A stretch of 40,000 nt of DNA. It comes from Pseudomonas sp. ABY48. GTDB lineage: Bacteria; Pseudomonadota; Gammaproteobacteria; Pseudomonadales; Pseudomonadaceae. Shown here piece by piece: positions 33,411 through 40,000 of this stretch. Position 1 is the stretch's first letter; the number at the start of each line of letters is the position of its first letter. The stretch lies in the NCBI RefSeq assembly GCF_048627035.1, contig NZ_CP184478.1; one strand, 5' to 3'. The notes beneath the pieces are model-generated. The model ran no database searches. It saw only the letters and a list, made by a program, of their open reading frames with translations, and had not been told where the DNA came from. Made by a program: the position numbers and the translations under genes.

Positions 33411-35120
33411 ATGAAAAAAGAGAAGAAAGCGAAGAAAGCGAAGAAACCCAAGGCGGGCTCGGTCATGCGCCTGTTGTGGCGTAACCACCCCTGGCTGACG
33501 CTCTTTACGTTGATCTGTGGCGTCATCAGCGGGGTGGCGTCCATCGCGGTGGTGAGCGTGATCAACGACGCTATCCACAATGACGGCTCGCGCCTGCAGG
33601 CGCTGTACTGGTTCATCGGCCTCAGTGCCACGGCGCTGATCTTGCGCAATGGCGCAGCGTTGTTCCCGGCCTACGCCAGCATGCGCATCATGACGCGCTT
33701 GCGCATTGCGCTGTGTCGCAAGATTCTCGCCACACCACTGGAGGAAGTGGATCGGCGTGGTCCGCCCAATGTGCTGACGATGTTGACCAACGACATCCCG
33801 CAATTGAATACCACGCTGATCATCATGCCCACGATCCTGGTGGAGACGACAGTCTTTCTGTTCGGCATCGGCTACCTGGCCTATCTGTCTTGGGTCGTGC
33901 TGGCCTTGACGGTTTCACTGATGGTCCTGGGGGTGGGGCTGTATCTGTTTTTCTTCTCCTGTGGCGTCAGGAACACCTCCCGTGTCCGGGACGAATACAC
34001 CGCGTTCAATGAATACACCCACGCCCTGGTGTTCGGTCTCAAGGAGCTCAAGCTCAATGGCGTGCGGCGCCGTTGGTTCGGTCGCTCGGCCATCGAGGCA
34101 TCTTCCACCCGTGTGGCGCGCTACAACTTCGTCGAGCGCCTGTGGTACACCGCCGCCGACAACGTCGGGCAATTCACGCTGTCGTTGCTGATCGGTTGCC
34201 TGCTGTTCGCCGCGCCCCTGGTCGGTGCCGTCGATCCGAAAATCATGACTGCCAGCGTCCTGGCCGTGCTGTACATCATGGGCCCGTTGTCATTGCTGGT
34301 CGGGGCGATGCCCTTGCTCGCGGCGGGCCGCGTGGCCTCTACGCGTCTTTCGGAATTCGGTTTCTCGATCAATGACCCACACCCCGAGCCCATCGAGACC
34401 GACGTGCCCAAGGTTCATCTGCTGGAACATAAGAAGTCCTGGAGTCGCATCGAATTGAAAGCCGTGCGCATGCACTACCAGGCGTTGCACGCCGAGAGCG
34501 GTTTCTCCCTGGGGCCCATCGACCTGACGGTGCAGGCGGGCGAGTTGATCTACATCGTCGGCGGCAACGGTTGCGGTAAAAGCACCTTGGCCAAGATCCT
34601 CTGCGGCCTCTACATACCCCAGGACGGCGAGATCCTGCTCGATGGCAAGCCTGTCACGGATGCAAGTCGCAACGACTATCGCGATCTGTTCTCCGCCGTG
34701 TTTTCCGATTTCCATCTGTTCAACCGCCTCATCGGCCCCGACGAAGAAGACGGCAACCCGACGCTGGCGCGCAAGTACCTGGAAACCCTGGGGCTGGCCG
34801 ACAAGATCAAGATCGAAGGACTGGGGTATTCAACCTTGAAGGCCTTGTCCTATGGCCAGCAAAAGCGCCTGGCGCTGGTGTGCGCCTACATGGAAGACCG
34901 ATCGGTCTACGTACTGGATGAATGGGCCGCGGACCAGGACCCACCCTTCAAGAAGTTCTTCTATGAGGAACTGCTGCCCGACCTCAAGCGCCGTGGCAAG
35001 ACGGTGCTGATCATTACCCATGACGACCAGTACTTCCAACTGGCCGATCGCATCATCAAGCTGTCGGATGGCCAGATCGTTTCCGACATCAACTGCGCCC
35101 TGCGCGACAAGCGAGCCTGA
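33411..35120 (+). CDS. syrD: SyrD-type cyclic-peptide ABC exporter (fused TMD-NBD)
   Basis: 569 aa. It has Walker A GGNGCGKST, signature LSYGQQKRLAL and Walker B VYVLDEWAADQD, with a hydrophobic N-terminal half. A Lys-rich N-terminus is encoded by gaagaaagc repeats. Confidence 0.88.
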   Translation: MKKEKKAKKAKKPKAGSVMRLLWRNHPWLTLFTLICGVISGVASIAVVSVINDAIHNDGSRLQALYWFIGLSATALILRNGAALFPAYASMRIMTRLRIALCRKILATPLEEVDRRGPPNVLTMLTNDIPQLNTTLIIMPTILVETTVFLFGIGYLAYLSWVVLALTVSLMVLGVGLYLFFFSCGVRNTSRVRDEYTAFNEYTHALVFGLKELKLNGVRRRWFGRSAIEASSTRVARYNFVERLWYTAADNVGQFTLSLLIGCLLFAAPLVGAVDPKIMTASVLAVLYIMGPLSLLVGAMPLLAAGRVASTRLSEFGFSINDPHPEPIETDVPKVHLLEHKKSWSRIELKAVRMHYQALHAESGFSLGPIDLTVQAGELIYIVGGNGCGKSTLAKILCGLYIPQDGEILLDGKPVTDASRNDYRDLFSAVFSDFHLFNRLIGPDEEDGNPTLARKYLETLGLADKIKIEGLGYSTLKALSYGQQKRLALVCAYMEDRSVYVLDEWAADQDPPFKKFFYEELLPDLKRRGKTVLIITHDDQYFQLADRIIKLSDGQIVSDINCALRDKRA

Positions 35121-35501
35121 ATGTCCATTCAGGCCTCATCGTCCGGCTTGCGCTGTCGCGACAGTACTGCTGAACACCCGTGAACAACGCTTGGCATTGA
35201 CCCACCCGGCAGACGTGCATCTCCGCCGGGTGGCGATGCCATGCAAGAACGCTCCGATCGTTCGACGCTCGACCGATCTCACGCCGCGCCGGCTACTTGC
35301 GCGGATTTGCATCAACGCCAGGCGTGCCTGTTGCATTCAACCCGGGCAGCACTGACAAATCTCTGAGAAGGACCGTATGAAATTTTTCTTTGCGCGTGTA
35401 GTGGGTGATGTTGTTGCAACTGGCTGTTCGGCCAAGCGGGGCCATGAGCAACAACAGGTCAGTTCATTGTCGGTGAGTGTTCAGGTGTCGGAGGGACGGG
35501 T

Positions 35502-38500
35502 ATGAACCAGTCCCTGTCGTGTTCGCAAACCTACCCGTTGACGGCCGCCCAGCGAGACATCTGGCTGGAGCAAATGGTCCAGGGCGACTCCCCCCTCTAC
35601 AACATCGGCGGTTACCTGCACATCGAGGGTGTGGTTGACGCCGAGCGGTTCCAGCAGGCAATCGACTTGTTGGTGCAAAAGCATGATGCCCTGCGCACGG
35701 TATTGCTCCGTGAAGCCGACGCAGGTGGCGTGCCGATGCAGATGCTGGCCGATACGCTGGCGGTGCAGGTGCCTGTGCATGATTTGTCGGATCTGCCCGA
35801 CCCGCAGGCATCGGCACAGGCCTGGGTCGAGCAGCGGATGGCGATGGCGTTTCCACTGGATGGCGGGCCGCTGTTCCGCCTGGCGCTGCTCAAGCTCAAT
35901 GACGCATCGTTCTATTTCGTCATCCAGGTGCATCACATCGTCCTGGACGGCTGGAGCATCGGTTTGATGTTCAAGGAACTCGGCGAGCTCTACAGCGCGC
36001 TGGAAAGCAACCAGACGCCAGACGTGGTAGCACCGTCCTACGTGGCGTTCATCGAGGACGATGCGCGCTATCGCGATTCCCCGCGGTTTGCCCGTGAACG
36101 GCAGTACTGGCTGGAAAAATACCAGGAAGTGCCACCACCCTTGTTCGTGGCCCGCAACCGTGATCGCTACCCTGATGGCATGGCCCCCAGCCGCCATGCC
36201 GTATGGCCCTACGCCCGGTCGCTGAACGAGCGGATCGACGCCCTGGCGCAGGTGCATCAGTCCTCACGCTCGGCTGTGCTGCTGGCTGCGCTGTACGTTT
36301 ATTTTGCCCGCACCACCCAACGTGAAGAGCTGGTGATCGGTTTGCCGATCCTGAATCGCTCCAACGCGTCCTTCAAGAAAACCATGGGGATGTTCACCCA
36401 GGTGAGTGCCGTGCGGTTGCGCTTCAGCGCCGAGCTGTCATTCGGCGAGCTGGTCCACGACGTGGCGCGCACCCTCAAGCAGGACTATCGCCACCAGCGC
36501 TTCCCCCTGAGCGACATGAACCGTTCGCTGGAATTGCTGCAGGGCAACCGTGCGCAGTTGTTCGACATATCGTTCTCCTATGAGCTGGACGATCACCAGT
36601 TCATGTTCGGGCAGGCCCCGGCGCGTTCGTTCAAGTGCTCGAACGGTCACGAACAAATGCCGTTGGCCATCCACGTGCGCAGCAACCCGCACGACGATAA
36701 CGCCTGGCTGCACTGGATCTACAACGCAGCTTTTTTCCAGGACGGTGAAATCGAGGCGATGGCCGAGCGCTTCATGCAGGTGCTGGAGCAAGGCTTGGGT
36801 GATGACGCATTGCCGATCTGCGAGTTTGTACTGCCGACGCCAGCCGAGGCCCTTCAGCTTCAGGCCTGGAACGCCAACGACGGGCAGCACTATGAGCACG
36901 ACCGCACGATCCATGGCCTGTTCGAAGCGCAAGCGGCCGCGCAACCCGATGCGGTGGCAGTGGTGCATGAAGACCAAGCATTGACCTACGGCGAGCTCAA
37001 TGCCCGGGCCAACCAAGTCGCCCATCGCTTGCTGGCGCTGGGTGTTCGCCCGGACGATCGGGTGGCGATCTGTGTCGAGCGTGGCCTGGACATGATCGTC
37101 GGCCTGTTGGGTATCCTGAAGTCCGGCGCCGGTTACGTGCCGCTGGACCCGGCCTATCCGCCGGAGCGCCTGGCCTTCATGCTCGAGGACAGCACCCCGT
37201 CGGCCTTGCTCACCCAGTCGGCGCTGGAGGTGCAACTGCCGGCGCTGTCTGCGCCGGCGTTATGGCTCGATCAGCCCGCCAGCGCGGGGATCGCTGAACA
37301 GCCGTCGCACAACCCCGACGTCGCGACGCTGACGTCGCACCACTTGGCCTACGTGATCTACACCTCGGGCTCCACCGGGTTGCCCAAGGGCGTGATGGTC
37401 GAGCATCGCAACGTCGCACGGCTATTTTCGGCGACCCAACCGTGGTTCGAGTTTGGCCCTCAGGATGTGTGGGCGCTGTTCCATTCCTTCGCGTTCGATT
37501 TCTCGGTTTGGGAAATCTGGGGCGCGTTGACCCATGGCGGCCGCTTGCTGGTAGTGCCACAGCTGGTCAGCCGTTCCCCGCAAGACTGCTACGCACTGGT
37601 GTGCGAGGCCGGGGTCACGGTCTTGAATCAGACGCCGAGTGCCTTCCGCCAGTTGATCGCGGCCCAGGGCGAAAGCGAGCTGCGCCACAGTCTGCGTCAG
37701 GTGATTTTTGGTGGTGAAGCGCTGGACACTCGCATTCTCAAGCCGTGGTATGACTGTGCAAGCAATGCCGGGACGCAATTGGTCAACATGTACGGTATCA
37801 CTGAAACGACGGTGCACGTGACGTACCGTCCGCTTGAAGCCGCCGATGCGCAGTGGGGCGGGGGCAGTCCGATCGGCAAGCGTATCCCTGATCTGCGCCT
37901 GTACCTGCTCGACCCGTACGGCCAGCCCGTGCCGGTGGGCGTGGCAGGCGAGTTGTATGTCGCTGGCGCGGGGGTGGCACGGGGTTACCTGAACAGGCCC
38001 GAACTCAATGACACCCGCTTCATCGCCGATCCGTTCGACAGCACTGCCGGGGCACGGATGTATCGCACCGGCGATCTCGGTCGCTGGCAGGAGAACGGTG
38101 AGCTGCAATACCTGGGTCGCAACGACGAACAGGTGAAAATCCGTGGCTTCCGTATCGAGCTTGGCGAGATCGAGACGAAGCTGGCGGCGTGCGAGGGTGT
38201 ACGCGAAGCGGTGGTCATCGCCCGTGAAGACACGCCGGGCGATCAACGCCTGGTGGCCTATCTGATCGCCGGCGAAGGCGCACAACTGTCGGCGGTCGAA
38301 CTGCGTTCGAACCTGCTGGGTTCGTTGACGGACTACATGGTGCCCACTGCCTTCGTGGTCCTTGAACGGTTCCCGCTGACCACCAACGGCAAGCTCGATC
38401 GCAAGGCACTGCCGGCGCCCGATGCACAGGCGTATGCCCATCGCGTGTTCGAAGCGCCGGTAGGCGACGTGGAAATCACCCTGGCCGGGCTCTGGACTGA

Positions 38501-40000
38501 ACTGCTCGGCGTCGAACAGGTAGGGCGCCATGACCGGTTCTTCGAACTGGGCGGTCACTCGCTGCTGGCGGTCAAGCTGATCGAGCGCATGCGCCAGGTC
38601 AATCTGGACACCGATGTGCGGGTGCTGTTCGGCCAGCCAACCCTGGCAACACTGGCGGCCGCCACGGGCAGCAGCGGTGGCATTGTCGTACCGGACAACG
38701 CCATTGCCCACGATGCCCAGCGCATCACGCCAGACCTGCTGCCACTGGCAACGCTGACCCAGGACGAAATCGACCGTATTGTCGCGGCGGTGCCGGGTGG
38801 GGTGAGCAACGTCCAGGACATCTACGCGCTGGTGCCATTGCAGGAAGGCATCCTGTATCACCATCTGGCGACCGCCCAGGGCGATCCCTATCTGCTGCAA
38901 GCGCTGTTGCGCGTGGGCAGTCGCGAACAGTTGGATGCGTTCGTCCAGGCCTTGCAGGCGGTGGTCGAACGGCACGACATCCTGCGTACGTCGGTGATGT
39001 GGGAAGACCTGGGCGAGCCGGTCCAGGTGGTCTGGCGCCAGGCCCGGCTGATGGTGGAAGAACTCGCCTTGAATGCGGCCGATGGTGACATCGCCGAGCA
39101 GTTGCGGGCCCGCTTCGATCCTCGCCATACCCGCTTCGACCTGCGCCAGGCGCCAATGATGCGCATCCATGTGGCCGAAGACCTCGTCAGCGGTAGTTGG
39201 GTCGCGGTGTTGCTGTTCCATCACTTGATCGATGACGCCACGTCCCTGGGCATGCTGGGCAAGGAAATCGAGGCCCACCTGGAAAACCGTGCGGGTGAAC
39301 TGCCCAGGTCCGTGCCTTATCGCAACTATGTGGCGCAGGTGCGCTTGGGCAGCGATCCTGGCCAACATGAAGCGTTCTTCAGCGAAATGCTCGGGGACGT
39401 GGACGAGCCGACGCTGCCGTTCGGCTTGCAGGATGTGCAGGGCGACGGCACCGGTATCGAAGAGGCTTCGCTGTCCCTGGCTGCCGACTTGACCCAGCGC
39501 CTGCGCGCCCAGGCACGGCGCCTGGGAGTCAGCACGGCGAGCCTGCACCATTTGGCCTGGGGCCAGGTGGTGGGGCGCTTGTCCGGCCGCCAGGATGTGG
39601 TGTTCGGGACGGTCTTGATGGGACGCCTGCACAGCGGCCAGGACGACGGGCACGCTTTGGGCATGTTCGTGAACACGCTGCCGTTGCGCGTCGAGGCAGG
39701 GGAGCAGGGTGTGCTGGCCGCGCTGAAGGCCACCCACGAGCGCCTGGCGGCGCTGCTTGGTCACGAGCATGCGCCGTTGTCCCTGGCGCAACGTTGCAGC
39801 GGGGTCGCCGCGCCGACGCCACTGTTCAGCGCGTTGCTGAACTACCGGCAAACCGCGGTGGCTGCGCAGGCACCCAAGGACGCCGGTCAGGCGCGAACCT
39901 GGGCCGGGGTCGAGATCCTCGGCGGCGAAGAGCGGACCAACTACCCACTGTCGCTGTCGATAGACGATCTGGGCGAGTCGTTCGGGCTGACGGTGCAAGC
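35502..40000 (+). CDS. Non-ribosomal peptide synthetase, 5' part (starter C - A - T - C ...), SyrE-like; continues beyond the window
   Basis: It is not in the ORF track because it has no stop in the window. An ATG at 35502 follows GGAGGGACGGG. The frame stays open to 40000, and no listed plus-strand ORF shares this frame. Motifs: C1 HHIVLDGWS (35931), A-domain [21 protein letters not shown] (about 37350), [58 protein letters not shown]. The carrier motif is FFELGGHSLLAV (Ser codon 38559-38561). The second C domain has LFHHLIDDATS (39219). Confidence 0.92.
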   Translation, partial: MNQSLSCSQTYPLTAAQRDIWLEQMVQGDSPLYNIGGYLHIEGVVDAERFQQAIDLLVQKHDALRTVLLREADAGGVPMQMLADTLAVQVPVHDLSDLPDPQASAQAWVEQRMAMAFPLDGGPLFRLALLKLNDASFYFVIQVHHIVLDGWSIGLMFKELGELYSALESNQTPDVVAPSYVAFIEDDARYRDSPRFARERQYWLEKYQEVPPPLFVARNRDRYPDGMAPSRHAVWPYARSLNERIDALAQVHQSSRSAVLLAALYVYFARTTQREELVIGLPILNRSNASFKKTMGMFTQVSAVRLRFSAELSFGELVHDVARTLKQDYRHQRFPLSDMNRSLELLQGNRAQLFDISFSYELDDHQFMFGQAPARSFKCSNGHEQMPLAIHVRSNPHDDNAWLHWIYNAAFFQDGEIEAMAERFMQVLEQGLGDDALPICEFVLPTPAEALQLQAWNANDGQHYEHDRTIHGLFEAQAAAQPDAVAVVHEDQALTYGELNARANQVAHRLLALGVRPDDRVAICVERGLDMIVGLLGILKSGAGYVPLDPAYPPERLAFMLEDSTPSALLTQSALEVQLPALSAPALWLDQPASAGIAEQPSHNPDVATLTSHHLAYVIYTSGSTGLPKGVMVEHRNVARLFSATQPWFEFGPQDVWALFHSFAFDFSVWEIWGALTHGGRLLVVPQLVSRSPQDCYALVCEAGVTVLNQTPSAFRQLIAAQGESELRHSLRQVIFGGEALDTRILKPWYDCASNAGTQLVNMYGITETTVHVTYRPLEAADAQWGGGSPIGKRIPDLRLYLLDPYGQPVPVGVAGELYVAGAGVARGYLNRPELNDTRFIADPFDSTAGARMYRTGDLGRWQENGELQYLGRNDEQVKIRGFRIELGEIETKLAACEGVREAVVIAREDTPGDQRLVAYLIAGEGAQLSAVELRSNLLGSLTDYMVPTAFVVLERFPLTTNGKLDRKALPAPDAQAYAHRVFEAPVGDVEITLAGLWTELLGVEQVGRHDRFFELGGHSLLAVKLIERMRQVNLDTDVRVLFGQPTLATLAAATGSSGGIVVPDNAIAHDAQRITPDLLPLATLTQDEIDRIVAAVPGGVSNVQDIYALVPLQEGILYHHLATAQGDPYLLQALLRVGSREQLDAFVQALQAVVERHDILRTSVMWEDLGEPVQVVWRQARLMVEELALNAADGDIAEQLRARFDPRHTRFDLRQAPMMRIHVAEDLVSGSWVAVLLFHHLIDDATSLGMLGKEIEAHLENRAGELPRSVPYRNYVAQVRLGSDPGQHEAFFSEMLGDVDEPTLPFGLQDVQGDGTGIEEASLSLAADLTQRLRAQARRLGVSTASLHHLAWGQVVGRLSGRQDVVFGTVLMGRLHSGQDDGHALGMFVNTLPLRVEAGEQGVLAALKATHERLAALLGHEHAPLSLAQRCSGVAAPTPLFSALLNYRQTAVAAQAPKDAGQARTWAGVEILGGEERTNYPLSLSIDDLGESFGLTVQ

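Noticed and set aside
33421-33447. gaagaaagc x 2.8 tandem repeat at the 5' end of syrD
   Set aside because: It is real but trivial. It encodes a Lys-rich N-terminal tail (KKEKKAKKAKK) and the copy number is too low to call a variable locus.
32438-33649. 403-aa minus-strand ORF over syrP and the syrD start
   Set aside because: It is antisense to SyrP (TauD-type motifs, good SD). The same holds for the many 60-200-aa ORFs in 30003-34715 on either strand.
35203-35232. 8-bp perfect hairpin (cacccggc-N14-gccgggtg) downstream of syrD
   Set aside because: No T-tract follows. It could be a structural element in the NRPS leader, but there is no support for a terminator or riboswitch call.
37422-39998. 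858-aa minus-strand ORF, plus 35481..36257 and 36438..37235 on the minus strand
   Set aside because: The translations are low-complexity and Arg/Gln/His-rich with no motifs. The opposite strand, in one continuous frame from 35502, carries textbook NRPS C, A and T core motifs. These are antisense open frames typical of high-GC coding DNA.

Overview
This is a Pseudomonas-type chromosomal window made of three blocks.

**Block 1 (1-1660), core genes.** It holds the 3' end of nlpD, rpoS with its intrinsic terminator, and a Pseudomonas intergenic repeat.

**Block 2 (approx 1662-27692), accessory island.** This is a roughly 26 kb lower-GC island.
- Its left edge carries decayed mobility relics: an orphan tRNA-Pro 3' fragment with its terminator, and a truncated IS66-family element.
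- I could not find an integrase.
- Both island edges abut truncated copies of the same repeat family.
- The cargo is a complete Dpd-type 7-deazaguanine DNA modification/restriction system:
  - A 17.6 kb plus-strand operon, dpdE-dpdF-dpdG-dpdH-dpdI-dpdJ-dpdK plus a terminal 716-aa gene (possible dpdD). All its genes are translationally coupled or nearly so.
  - A minus-strand operon, dpdC-dpdB-dpdA-(DGQHR-family paralogue)-queC-queE.
  - A second DGQHR-family paralogue transcribed divergently from dpdC.

**Block 3 (27760-40000), high-GC syringomycin-type lipodepsipeptide cluster.** It holds syrC-syrB2-syrB1 on the minus strand, and syrP-syrD plus the 5' 4.5 kb of a giant NRPS on the plus strand. 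The NRPS frame is missing from the supplied ORF track because it has no stop codon in the window. The long minus-strand ORFs listed there are antisense artefacts.

**Novelty.** The Dpd family itself is already described, from the Salmonella Montevideo island. I therefore do not claim a wholly new system. The parts that look under-described are:
- the three full-length DGQHR (here DGQQR) paralogues;
- the partial preQ0 gene set (queC and queE only);
- the position of the terminal 716-aa gene;
- the mechanistically unresolved helicase/ATPase/PLD restriction block;
- the integrase-less island architecture next to rpoS.

All assignments rest on motifs read by eye and on gene order. No database search was run.
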